From the NCBI GenBank assembly GCA_002269645.1, contig NIVC01001710.1, positions 1-64,000 on the forward strand: a DNA stretch of 64,000 nt, written 5' to 3'. Positions within the stretch are counted from its first letter, which is position 1. Every line of letters starts with the position of its first letter. Below the pieces are notes generated by a model. That model saw nothing but the letters and a program-made list of their open reading frames with translations. It searched no databases and was not told the DNA's origin. Of the stretch, positions 50,631-62,700 are shown in pieces. The translations under genes were made by a program, and so were the position numbers. Source of the DNA: Macrostomum lignano (taxonomy: Eukaryota).

Positions 50631-52599
50631 ATGACATTTAACGCCCGATTGTCTATGTCAAACTTACTTTAATGCAAATTAGCGGGCAGTTAATGACATT
50701 TAAACCACTTTAAAGCTCACTTTCAGGGAGGTTATTGACATAGATTTTATTTTGCGGGATTTAATCGATCACTTTCCCGGACATATTGCAAGGATTATTG
50801 TATGTATCTAAATAAGCGAGCTTCTCTCTTCTCATCCTTCGTGACTCGAGAAATTTCTTAATGAAATTTCGTCTCTGGTAAGAAAAGGTATGTCCTTCGG
50901 CTCTCGGGATTTAATCACATACCAACATCAAACCCATAGAATCTTATACTTAACGCCCGATTATTCTGTCCCACTTTTTCAAGGACACAAATGTCTATGG
51001 CACAATAATAGTAATACCTATGCTTTAATTAATTAAGGGCGTTAATGGGAAAAAGTGTTGTCATTATATTCGTGCTGGCTTTGTACTGAATCAAATCACC
51101 TTTTGGCCATAAAAACCCTCAACCGGGACCTCTCGTTTCCGCGCCCCTATGTTTTCGTAAAGTTTTTCACATTCAATTCTGTGTGAAATCTTGTGCGTTT
51201 TCAATGTGCGGGCCTACATTATTAATCTAAAGCTTAAGTTCAACCTTTTTTGTATATATTGGTGCTGCATACATTTTATGTAACTATGGCACTCGCTCTT
51301 CTATCTTGTATTTGTCTACTCTGGCTTCAAACCATGTCAGTGCATACCTCACATATGTACATGTACGATGTTATAGGGTTAGTTTACTCTCAATTAAGAG
51401 AGGGAGTAGAGAGAGAGAAAACGTAAAAGAACTCAGCATCATTATTTGCATGCTCTGCACTCAAGGCAGAGAGCCATACGGGTGGAGACGCGTAGCTGTC
51501 TCGCGTTTAAAAAAAGCGCATTAATTTCTAGTGAAAGACGCGGCCGCTGGCGGTGTGCCGCTAGCTACATGTACATTGGTTACTTACTTCACTAATCCAG
51601 AACAAAAATGGAAACAGCTACGTCCAGACCACCTTTGATGTCACTTTAAAGCAGCAAATGTCTTCTTTCGAATAAATCCAATTCTAATCTCGTACACGTT
51701 TGGTCATTTCATTCAAAATTTATGCTTGAATTAACCTCTAGGCATCCAAGCTTGGTTCTGTAAGATCGCTTCAAAGCCAAGGCCATAGACAAATTTGTCT
51801 TTCTTACTGAATCAGGTGCACCCCTAAAAGCCCAGAATTAAGTATAGAGCTTTTCTGCTAGTTCCTGTTTAAACCCTCCTTACCCACAAATGGATTCTAC
51901 GCACCCGAAAGAGACAGCAAACATTTGAGTCAAAACATAATGAAAATACTTGATGGACTTCTTTAAACCATGTCTATGTGCCGGCCATAGTCGGCACTTG
52001 CTTTAGTGATGCGGGACATGGTTTTTGATGCCATGGACATTTTTGAAGCTCTGAGCTTTTAGGCTGTTTCGGTATGGCCTGCAGCGGTGCAGGCCTCTGG
52101 CTTTCAAATGGTTAAAGCAAGGAGTTCTATACTTAGCAATCTTGTCTTGCTAATTAAAGAACTCCTTGGTTAAAGCATCGTAAAGCCAGACAGTGTTACA
52201 GCTTAAAAATGACACCAGAGGTATGCAGCTGCTTCCATTTCTGCTCCCGCGGGATTAAAAGTGTCAGAACTTGCCGGATACATCTTGTCGGTGTTCAACT
52301 AACCAAAATGTACATTGTGGCGGCCCAATCAGCACGCAGCCAGCGATTGCGAGTACATCTGCACTGAAACCCCCTGCCCGCCAGGCTGGGGGGTGGGTGT
52401 ACTCGGGCAGACAGTCAGTATGCTAAGTCGGGGGGGTTGGCCTTCAATCGTGCCACCTTTTTGGCGCACCTCCCCATGTGATCGCGTGCTTATTTATACT
52501 TACCGCGTAAAGCAAATAAACTTTCACGTTTCTCGCTTGCAACTTACTTCGTTTTCGCAAGCCGCTAAATTGGTGAGCCCGACATAGCTATTTCGTACA

Positions 52600-53320
52600 A
52601 TGGCTTCCAACACAGAGGCAGCTGTCTCTCAAACTGCCCACGTTTTGGGCAGCTCAACCCCGCGCATGGTTCATTCAAGCCGAAGCCCAGTTTTCTCTGC
52701 GCGGAATCACTCAAGATGCGACCAAGTACAACTACTTGGTGGCAGCGCTCGACCAGCAAACGGCTGAACGCCTCCTCGACATTTTAGAGGCTCCCCCAGC
52801 AGAGGGCAAGTACGAGACGCTGAAGCAACGTCTCAAAGGCACCTTCGACTTGACGAGGCAGCAGAGGGCCAGTCGCCTGCTCAACATGACCGGCCTCGGT
52901 GATCGGCGGCCCTCAGAACTCATGGATGAGATGCTCGCCCTGCTGGGAGACCACCCACCGTGCCTACTCTTCGAAGAGTTGTTCCGCCAGCAGCTGCCGC
53001 CGGACGTGCGCATGGCCATGGCAACCGCCGACTTCGCGGAGCCTCGGCAAGCAGCGCGGCTCGCCGACAGGCTGTGGGCCAGCAGGCCGCAGTTCACCGC
53101 TGCCTCCGTCCAGCAGCCAGCGGTGGCGACCTCCCCACCGCCTGACCAGCCGGCGGTGGCTTCGGCCAGCAGGAGCAGCTGCCCGGCCCGGCAGCATCGG
53201 CCCCCACAGCGCGGTCAGGACAGCGGGCTGTGCTTTTATCATCGCCGGTTCGGCGCGAAGGCCCATCGCTGCGAGGCACCCTGCAGCTTCCAGGGAAACG
53301 GGCAGGCCGGCCGTCAGTGA
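52600..53320 (+). CDS. gag: Gypsy Gag (2-nt deletion near 52627)
   Basis: ATG at 52600. [19 protein letters not shown] lies in the frame of ORF 52736-53320, and the C-terminus carries a [16 protein letters not shown] zinc-knuckle-like motif. Confidence 0.9.
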
Positions 53321-56300
53321 ACAGCTCGGCGGCCGGCAACAACAGCAACCTGTTGCTCATTCCCGATGTGCTGACGGGCTGGCGTTTTCTGGTCGACACG
53401 GGCGCCGAGGTCAGCATCTTCCCTGTCACTGGCACCGATGCACGCCTGCGGTCCACTGGCCCGTTGCTTTACGCAGCCAATGGCAGCCTGATACGCACCT
53501 TCGGCTCCCGGCAGCTCACGCTCGACCTCGGCATCAAGCGCTGCTCCTGGCCGTTCGTCTTGGCCGAAGTCTCGCGCCCGCTGATCGGCGCGGACTTCCT
53601 CCGCCACCACGGCCTGCTGGTGGACCTGCCGCACCGGCGGCTCCTGGACGCTTGCTCGCTCGCCAGCGTGCACCTGCTGGACGGCATCGGGTCTGGTCTG
53701 CAGCTCGCCGCGGCTGCCACCGCGGACCCGTACAGCCAGCTGCTGGCCGAGTTCCCCGCTCTCACCGAGCCCAGTTTCCAGCGGGCTGCGCCACGGCATG
53801 GGGTGGAGCACCACATCCCGACGCAGGGCCCGCCGGTCCACGCCCGCCTTCGCCGCCTGCCGCCGGACAAGCTGGCGGTGGCCAAGGAGGAGTTCCGGCT
53901 CCTGGAGCAGCTCGGCATCGTGCGCCGGTCCAACAGCCCGTGGTCCTCACCGCTGCACATGGTGCCCAAGGCCTCGGGCGGCTGGCGTCCCTGCGGCGAT
54001 TTCAGGCGGCTCAACGACGCCACGGTGCCCGACCGCTACCCGGTGCCGCACATTCAGGACTTTTCAGCGCGCCTGGCCGGTGCTCGGTCTTCTCCAAGAT
54101 CGACCTGGTTCGCGGCTACCACCAAGTGCCCGTGGCTGCGGCCGATGTGCCCAAGACCGCCGTCATCACCCCGTTCGGCCTCTTCGAGTTCCTGCGAATG
54201 CCGTTCGGGCTCAAGAACGCCGCCCAGGCCTTCCAGCGGTTGGTGGACTCCGTCTGCCAGGATCTCGACTTCGTTTTCGCCTACATTGACGATTTCCTAG
54301 TCGCCAGCCGCAGCCCGCAGCAGCACCTGGAGCACCTGCGCACGCTGTTCCAGCGCCTGGCGGACAACGGTCTGATCATCAACCCGGCGAAGTGCGAGTT
54401 CGGCCGCAGTGAGATCGACTTCCTCGGCCACCGGATCAGCGCCCAGGGAGCCGTGCCGCTGCCCGCCAAAGTCGACGCCATCGCCAGGTTCGCGCCGCCA
54501 GCCACCGTCAAGGGCCTGCAGGAGTTCGCCGGCATGGTGAATTTCTACCACCGCTTCGTGCCGCGCGCCGCCCAGCTGCTGCGCCCCATCCATGCGGCCA
54601 CTGCTGGCAAGGAGAAGCTCGTGAGGTGGACACCCGAGCTGACTGCCGCCTTCGAAGGAGCCAAGCGGGCACTGGCTTCCGCCGCACTGTTGGCGCACCC
54701 GCGGGCGGACGCGCCCATCGCCCTCACTGTCGACGCCTCGGACACCGCCGTCGGCGCAGCGCTCGAGCAGCGGGTGGGCGGCGCGTGGCAGCCGCTCGCT
54801 TTCTTCAGCCGGCAGCTCCGAGCGCCTGAGCAGAAGTACAGCGCGTTCGACCGTGAGCTGCTTGCCCTGTACCTGGCGGTCCGGCATTTCCGCTACGCGC
54901 TCGAGGGCCGCGCCTTCACCGCCTTCACGGACCACAAGCCACTCGTCGCGGCCATGTCTAAGATGTCGGACCCGTGGTCAGCACGACAGCAGCGGCATCT
55001 GGCGTACGTGTCTGAGTTCACCACCGATGTCCAGCATGTGGCGGGCAAGGACAACCCGGTGGCGGACGCGCTGTCCCGCTGCACGATCGCCTCGGTACAG
55101 CCCCGGCTGCTACCCGGTGTGGACTTCGCGGCCATGGCGCAGGCGCAGACAGCAGACCCGACTGCCCAAGAGGACGCTAGCCTTCAGCTCGAGCCGCTGC
55201 AGCTCAGCCCTGGCGTCGCCCTGCTGTGCGACATCTCGACCGGCCGGCCGCGCCCGCTGGTGCCTCCGGATTTCCGCCGCGCCGTTTTCGACGCCATCCA
55301 CGGCCTCGCCCACCCGTCAGTCCGCAGCACGCGGCGCCTCGTGGCCGCCAAATTCGTGTGGGCTAGCATGAACCGGGACGTCAGCCGGTGGGCGCGCACT
55401 TGCGTAGCCTGCCAGACGGCCAAGGTGCATCGGCACGTCACCGCCCCGGTAGAGAGCATTCGCGTCCCAGACCAGCGCTTTGCCCACGTGCATGTCGACT
55501 TGGTGGGGCCGCTGCCGTCGTCTCAAGGCTTTACGCATCTGCTGACGATCGTTGACCGATTCACCAGGTGGCCGGAGGCGATCCCGATGACTGACACTTC
55601 CGCCGCAGCCTGTGCCTCCGCCTTCATCGCCCACTGGGTTGCCCGATTTGGCGTGCCGGGTGACCTCACCTCAAACCGCGGCTCGCAGTTCACGTCGCAG
55701 CTCTGGTCCAACGTCTCCCGGCTGCTCGGCATGCAGCTGCACCGGACTACGGCCTTCCATCCGCAGGCGAACGGGCTGGTCGAGCGGTTCCATCGGCAGC
55801 TGAAGGCCGCCCTCAGGGCGCGGCTGACGGGACCGGCCTGGGTCAGCGAGCTGCCCTGGGTGCTGCTCGGCATCCGGACGGCGCCCAAGGAGGACCTGCC
55901 GGCATCGTCGGCTGAGCTGGTTTACGGAGCGCCCCTCTGCGTGCCCGGCGAGTGCCTGCAGCCCGGCCCGGCAACCGAAGGCCACGACCAGTTTCTCGTT
56001 CGGCTCCGCGACGCAGTCCAGGCGTTCCGGCCGACACCCACGGCGCATCACGGCTGCCGCCCGACCGCCTGGCCCGCCGCACTCGATGCCTGCCCGTTCG
56101 TGTTCGTCCGGCGCGACGGTCACCGAGCCCCGCTGCAGAAGCCGTATGACGGCCCATTCAAGGTCCTCGAGCGGGACGCCAAGACTTTCCTGCTCGACCT
56201 GGGGACGCGCCAGGACCGCGTGACAGTCGACAGGTTGAAGCCGGCCATCATCGACTCGCGAGAGCCGGTCCCGCTGCCATCTGTACGACCGAGAGGCCGC

Positions 56301-56417
56301 CCGCCTAAGCGGCCTGTACCACCCTCGGCCGCCGCCGACAGCCAGCAACCCCAGGCCGCCCTCCCCAGCCGCCGGCAGCCGCCACGCCGGTGCCGCCGAA
56401 CGGTTTTCGACACATAG
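53293..56417 (+). CDS. pol: Gypsy Pol (protease, RT, RNase H, integrase); -1 frame relative to gag; 1-nt frameshift at about 54086
   Basis: FLVDTGA (PR), YIDD (RT), TVDASD and DHKPL (RH), HPSV...CVAC (IN zinc finger), HVDLVGP and ANGLVERFH (IN), GPFKV. Confidence 0.95.
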
Positions 56418-57217
56418 CTCGGTGCTGGGGGAGCTGTGTGGCGGCCCAATCAGCACGCAGCCAGCGATTGCGAGTACATCTGCACTGAAACCCCCTGCCC
56501 GCCAGGCTGGGGGTGGGTGTACTCGGACAGACAGTCAGTATGCTAAGTCGGGGGGGGGGGTTGGCCTTCAATCGTGCCACCTTTTTGGCGCACCTCCCCA
56601 TGTGATCGCGTGCTTATTTATACTTACCGCGTAAAGCAAATAAACTTTCACGTTTCTCGCTTGCAACTTACTTCGTTTTCGCAAGCCGCTAAAACATGTA
56701 GAAATTTAGAAAATGTCAAGAAAAGTTTCGAAGAGCAATATTGTTATTAAGCTTTGTTAATCTAGCATTTGGTTAGCTTTCGAAAACCCCAAATCGCTTG
56801 TATTAAAAAGTATAGTTATGCAGAGCACAGAATTTGATCTAAGCTTCTTTTCGGCTCTCCCAAACGGTCTAGTCCAGCTCGATGTCTGCTCTTCTTTTCT
56901 GTGTCAATGAAAGGGTTAGACTTGAGAGCACAATGCACACAGCTCAGTGTACACATGCAGAGAGATAGAAGAACAGAATGACTCACTCTGCATGTCCATC
57001 TTTATGATGCAGCGTCGCTATGGAGCGCAAGCAATAGCAAATGGCGCTTCGCCACAGAGTGGGCGGGTCCTCTCTCTATTAAATATGCCTGGCACGAGTC
57101 TAAAAACTCAACGCTGCGCCATCTCAGACTCACCGCTCCGACAATTCTATCGAATTAAAAAAAGGATTACAAGGAATCAGGTTCAACAGACAGCCTAACC
57201 AGCCACCACCCTCTGGC

Positions 57218-60200
57218 ATGGGCAGACCCAAATTGCTACAGGCTATAATTGCCGTCTGTCTGCTGTGTCAAGGTATTTATTTTACTTTGAATGCTGCCAA
57301 TTAAGGAGCTAACTGAAAGTTAACTAGACTAAATGTTTATGTGGCTCCCCTAACATTTACAGGAGACGCACAGCTAGCAACCACTCTTTGGACAGGATCT
57401 CCTCCTCCATCCGGCACACCTTCGATGGGATCTCCTCCCCCATCCGGCACCCCTTCGATGGGATCTCCTCCTCCATCCGGCACCCCTCCGATGGGATCTC
57501 CTCCTCCATCCGGCACCCCTTCGATGGGATCTCCTCCTCCATCCGGCACCCCTTCGATGGGATCTCCTCCTCCATCCGGCACCCCTTCGATGGGATCTCC
57601 TCCTCCATCCGGCACCCCTTCGATGGGATCTCCTCCTCCATCCGGCACCCCTTCGATGGGATCTCCTCCTCCATCCGGCACCCCTCCGATGGATCTCCTC
57701 CTCCATCCGGCACCCCTTCGATGGGATCTCCTCCTCCATCCGGCACCCCTTCGATGGGATCTCCTCCTCCATCCGGCACCCCTTCGATGGGATCTCCTCC
57801 TCCATCCGGCACCCCTCCGATGGGATCTCCTCCTCCATCCGGCACCCCTTCGATGGGATCTCCTCCTCCATCCGGCACCCCTCCGATGGGATCTCCTCCT
57901 CCATCCGGCACCCCTCCGATGGGATCTCCACCTCCGTCTGGTACGCCTCCGATGGGATCTCCACCTCCGTCCGGCACCCCTCCGATGGGATCTCCTCCTC
58001 CATCCGGCACCCCTCCGATGGGATCTCCTCCTCCATCCGGCACCCCTCCGATGGGATCTCCTCCTCCTTCTGGCACCCCTCCGATGGGATCTCCTCCTCC
58101 TTCTGGCACCCCTCCGATGGGATCTCCTCCTCCATCCGGCACCCCTTCGATGGGATCTCCTCCTCCATCCGGCACCCCTTCGATGGGATCTCCTCCTCCA
58201 TCCGGCACCCCTCCGATGGGATCTCCTCCTCCATCCGGCACCCCTCCGATGGGATCTCCTCCTCCATCCGGCACCCCTCCGATGGGATCTCCTCCTCCGT
58301 CCGGCACCCCTCCGATGGGATCTCCACCTCCGTCTGGCACTCCTCCGATGGGATCTCCTCCTCCTTCTGGCACCCCTCCGATGGGATCTCCTCCTCCGTC
58401 CGGCACCCCTCCGATGGGATCTCCTCCTCCTTCCGGCACCCCTCCGATGGGATCTCCACCTCCGTCTGGCACCCCTCCGATGGGATCTCCTCCTCCTTCT
58501 GGCACCCCTCCGATGGGATCTCCACCTCCGTCTGGCACCCCTCCGATGGGATCTCCTCCTCCGTCTGGCACTCCTCCGATGGGATCTCCTCCTCCTTCTG
58601 GCACCCCTCCGATGGGATCTCCTCCTCCGTCCGGCACCCCTCCGATGGGATCTCCTCCTCCGTCTGGCACCCCTCCGATGGGATCTCCACCTCCGTCTGG
58701 TACGCCTCCGATGGGATCTCCTCCTCCTTCTGGCACCCCTCCGATGGGATCTCCTCCTCCTTCCGGCACCCCTCCGATGGGATCTCCACCTCCGTCTGGC
58801 ACCCCTCCGATGGGATCTCCACCTCCGTCTGGCACTCCTCCGATGGGATCTCCTCCTCCTTCTGGCACCCCTCCGATGGGATCTCCTCCTCCGTCCGGCA
58901 CCCCTCCGATGGAATCTCCTCCTCCGTCTGGCACCCCTCCGATGGGATCTCCACCTCCGTCTGGTACGCCTCCGATGGGATCTCCTCCTCCTTCTGGCAC
59001 CCCTCCGATGGGATCTCCTCCTCCATCCGGCACCCCTCCGATGGGATCTCCACCTCCGTCTGGTACGCCTCCAATGGGATCTCCACCTCCGTCCGGCACC
59101 CCTCCGATGGGATCTCCACCTCCGTCTGGCACTCCTCCGATGGGATCTCCTCCTCCTTCTGGCACCCCTCCGATGGGATCTCCTCCTCCGTCCGGCACCC
59201 CTCCGATGGGATCTCCTCCTCCTTCCGGCACCCCTCCGATGGGATCTCCACCTCCGTCTGGCACCCCTCCGATGGGATCTCCTCCTCCTTCCGGAACTCC
59301 TCCTATGGGATCTCTTCCTCCATCCAGTACTCTTCAGCCAACAGGTCCTACACCGACTGGACCTCAGCCAACAGGTCCTTCACCGACTGGACCTCAGCCA
59401 ACAGGTCCTGCATCGACTGGACCTCAGCCAACAGGTCCTGCATCGACTGGACCTCAGCCAACAGGTCCTGCATCGACTGTACCTCAGCCAACAGGTCCTA
59501 CACCGACTGGACCTCAGCCAACAGGTCCTGCATCGACTGGACCTCAGCCAACAGGTCCTTCACCGACTGGACCTCAGCCAACAGGTCCTGCATCGACTGG
59601 ACCTCAGCCAACAGGTCCTGCATCGACTGGACCTCAGCCAACAGGTCCTACACCGACTGGACCTCAGCCAACAGGTCCTGCATCAACTGTATCTCAGCCA
59701 ACAGGTCCTACACCGACTGGACCTCAGCCAACAGGTCCTTCACCGACTGGACCTCAGCCAACAGGTCCTGCATCGACTGGACCTCAGCCAACAGGTCCTG
59801 CATCGACTGTACCTCAGCCAACAGGTCCTGCATCGACTGGACCTCAGCCAAGTCCCATTGTGACAGAGCCATCAACTTCTTTATCAACACTGTCAACAAC
59901 ACCTCCGTTGAGCGTCGTGCAGACTACAGAAGCTGGGCAGTGTCCGCTCAACTATTGTCAGAATGGCAGACCGTGCTTTTATATTGGAAGCATCAGGAGA
60001 TGCTCTTGCGGATCAAAATTTATTGGTGATAGATGCCAGCTTAGTGAGTGATTGTTTGCTTTAGTAAATTAGTTCTTGTACAGGGAAAGTCAGGGAAAGT
60101 TCTTTTACAAGCTCCAGATACTTGTTCGCAGGCACGCACTCATACACACGCTCATGCAGTGTACAGCGGCCCTGACTTTCTAATCGTCAAGCATGTACAC

Positions 60201-62118
60201 TCTCTGTATCTCGGGGGTTGGCCCTCATTAGGCGTCATCTTGTACTTCTGTTTTCCGTGATTGAAAACAGTAATTTTATAATCAATAGCAACTACCTGGT
60301 TTCAGAGAGAAACACAGTGACAGCACGAAATAGAATAGTTGGAGTTTCTTTTATCAACGACTTCAATCAGATTGATTCAGCCGCGTCGATCAGCTTCTTC
60401 GCAAAATTTGAACTCTATGTAAGCAGCTTCTATTACTCTAGTCTATTTGTGTGCACTTTCCAACGAAAATTGTTTACTCAAATTTCAGATGCGCGCCTGT
60501 CTGTCGATGTCATCGAATCGCCAATTCTCTAGCGCTTTCTTTCAATTCGTACTTGTCAAGCTGGAGCCAGGATCGGTGGTCACTACCTATAGGCTGGACG
60601 TCGGAACCAACACGTCCAGTTCCGGAATGTCGGCTAGCGACATCGCCTCGGACGTGGATTCCGGAATAACCGCGTTCGCTTCCAGTGTCAACGCCAGCGC
60701 GTTCAACTTTTCGGCTGAGAACACCACAGCAACGCGTAGGGACCGCAATACGGTCTTGTACCGACTGTGTCTTTACCGATTGCCCGTCACTTTACCGACT
60801 GTGTCTTTGCCGATCGCCTGTCACTTTAACGACTGTGTCTTTACCGATTGCCCGTCACTTTACCGACTGTGTCTTTGCCGATCGCCTGTCACTTTAACGA
60901 CTGTGTCTTTACCGATTGTCTGTCACTTTACCAACTGTGTCTTTACCGATTGCCCGTCACTTTAACGACTGTGTCTTTACCGATTGCCCGTCACTTTACC
61001 GACTGTGTCTTTACCGATTGCCCGTCACTTTACCGACTGTGTCTTTGCCGATCGCCTGTCACTTTAACGACTGTGTCTTTACCGATTGTCACTTTACCAA
61101 CTGTGTCGTTACCGATTGTCACTTTACCAACTGTGTCGTTACCGATTGTCACTTTACCGACTGTGTCTTTACCAATTGTCTGTCACTTTACCAACTGTCT
61201 TTACCGATTGCCTGTCACTTCACCAACTATCCTTTTCTTGCACTTGTCACTGTCCTCGATTCGTACATTCTACTTTTCTTACTTTGAATAGGAAAATTTC
61301 GCATAAAAGAAAGCCGCTTCTTTAAATTTCAGCGTACGACTTCTGCGCCACCGGTGAGGCTGGCTGCTCGCCTTACGCCACCTGCACCCCAACGGGCACC
61401 AGCTACAATTGCACCTGCCGCCCAGGCTACCTGGACTCCGACACCAGCAACCAGGGCACAGTTTGCACACAGCAATGCGATTCCACTGTTAGCTCCTGCT
61501 CAGGAAACGGCATCTGCAAAACGGTTACAGGCAAGAACTTCACCTGCGACTGCTTCACTGGCTACACTGGAAACAGCTGCTCTGTTGTCCAGCTGAGCCC
61601 AGCCGTTCTTGCCCTGGTGATTGTGGTGCCAATCCTGTTCGTCATCATAGTCGCCGTGGTGACTGGCATGCTGTGCATGAACCGGCGTCAGAAACGGTTG
61701 AAAAAGCGAGTGGCCAAGACTATCGCTGATAACAGTTCGCCTCAGGAGTCCGTTGTTGTCTCCACGTACGGTTCGCGGAATGACGCTGTTAGTGCCATTT
61801 TTGCTACATGTTTTGCTTTTTGTGCCGCGCATTATCTCGCATACGGGCGTGTCAATTTAGACATCTTATCATCTGTTACTTTCCCAATAATGCTCAACAT
61901 CAGCCTAACCAACAATAACACTTCAGTCCTTGTCACAGTACCGAGGTCGCATACCTCGGGCGCATCTGGACCAGCCAGAGGTCAACAACGCGTACGCCTA
62001 CACTGAGCCTGGAAGCGGCAGTCTGCAGCGGCCGCAGCCACCAATGCAGCAGACATCGAGCTTTGCCTACCCGTTTAAGCGCTATTCTAACATGATGTTC
62101 GAAGGCGGCAATGGAGAT
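57218..62118 (+). CDS. MUC13-like transmembrane mucin: signal peptide, Pro/Ser/Thr repeats, EGF, SEA, 2 EGF, TM, cytoplasmic tail
   Basis: Exons 57218-57272 (signal peptide), 57363-60043 (repeats and EGF; adding 1 nt at about 57691 restores frame and phase), 60306-60418, 60489-60735 (SEA, GSVV motif), 61333-about 61765 (two EGFs, TM, RRQKR) and about 61930-62118. The last junction and the terminal exon are unresolved. Confidence 0.85.
57394..59850 (+). repeat. Coding tandem repeats: 33-bp GSPPPSGTP[P/S]M (about 58 copies) then 30-bp [10 protein letters not shown] (about 17 copies)
   Basis: Read directly from the sequence; most variation is at synonymous positions. Confidence 0.95.
60130..60230 (-). 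mobile_element. 5'-truncated SINE body fragment
   Basis: GTGTACAGCGGCCCTGACTTTCTAATCGTCAAGCATGTACACTCTCTG matches 14655-14705. Confidence 0.7.
60757..61230. repeat. About 33-bp intronic minisatellite (TACCGACTGTGTCTTTACCGATTGCCCGTCACTT-like)
   Basis: Degenerate tandem units lie between the donor at 60736 and the acceptor at 61332. Confidence 0.9.
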
Positions 62119-62302
62119 GTAAGTATACATTGTTGAGCAGGGTTTATTAACACATAAAGCCTAAGTGTACGCGTCAACCATAAACGTTAGGCCTACATTA
62201 CGTCTTCTGTCGTGTGGTTGTGGCGCACGGTTAACAGTGTTCTATAAGTAGAGAATAAAGCATGCACTTTGGTTATAGAAAATTTCCTAGATCATGCTTG
62301 GG

Positions 62303-62457
62303 CGCAACCTTGGGAGATTCACTCGGCCGTTTCTATTGGCAACACACACATGTAAGTCGCTATTGGACGGAAAAGTAGTCACGTGACTGCTCTCAGCCAA
62401 TAGCGACTTACATGTGTGTGTTGCCAATAGAAACGGCCGGGTGATTCCCAAAGTTGC
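62303..62457. mobile_element. Palindromic MITE-like hairpin element
   Basis: Perfect 43-bp arms at 62324-62366 and 62397-62439, with imperfect extension to 62303 and 62457. Confidence 0.65.
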
Positions 62458-62512
62458 ACATGTATATCCTAGATAGAAGAAATACTCGTATATTTGAGTT
62501 GCTAAGAAATAA

Positions 62513-62700
62513 GGGCCCAGAGCAGCTCAGCGGTAAACGCGTCTGGCTCTCGCACCATTGTCCCCGAGTTCGAGTCCTGGTGCGACCATATTAATTTGGG
62601 GTTTGTGTGCACGAAGATTGGCCGGGGGCGGTTGCGTACCATTCTCACCGATGCACAGAGAGTGTACATGCCCTCTATATTTTATTCTCGCACACACCGC
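62513..62700 (+). mobile_element. tRNA-derived SINE copy
   Basis: AGCAGCTCAGCGGTAAA (A box) and GAGTTCGAGTCC (B box), then the shared body TTGGCCGGGGG...GCACAGAGAGTGTACATGCC. Confidence 0.7.

Larger units (their letters stand above)
52316..56693 (+). mobile_element. Full-length young Ty3/Gypsy LTR retrotransposon
   Basis: LTRs 52316-52569 and 56437-56693 differ by one substitution and G-run lengths. TSD ACAT at 52312-52315 and 56694-56697; PBS TGGTGAGCCCGAC at 52571; PPT-like GCTGGGGGAGC before the 3' LTR; domain order gag-PR-RT-RH-IN. Confidence 0.97.

Noticed and set aside
51590-52310. Coding-like relic upstream of the Gypsy element
   Set aside because: There are stops in the frames examined and no motif I can assign.
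52732-56601. Antisense and alternative-frame ORFs over the Gypsy element, RAPGEF exons and mucin repeat
   Set aside because: These are shadow ORFs expected in high-GC or repetitive coding DNA, with no recognisable motifs.
52620-57695. Programmed or biologically meaningful frameshifts at about 52627, 54086 and 57691 (and 40447)
   Set aside because: All are 1-2 nt losses in short homopolymer or dinucleotide runs in otherwise intact frames. Long-read consensus error is the simpler explanation, and raw reads are needed to decide.
62513-62590. Functional tRNA genes (also at 12411 and 14800-14862)
   Set aside because: A/B boxes are present but the cloverleaf stems do not pair, and each head continues into a shared SINE body.
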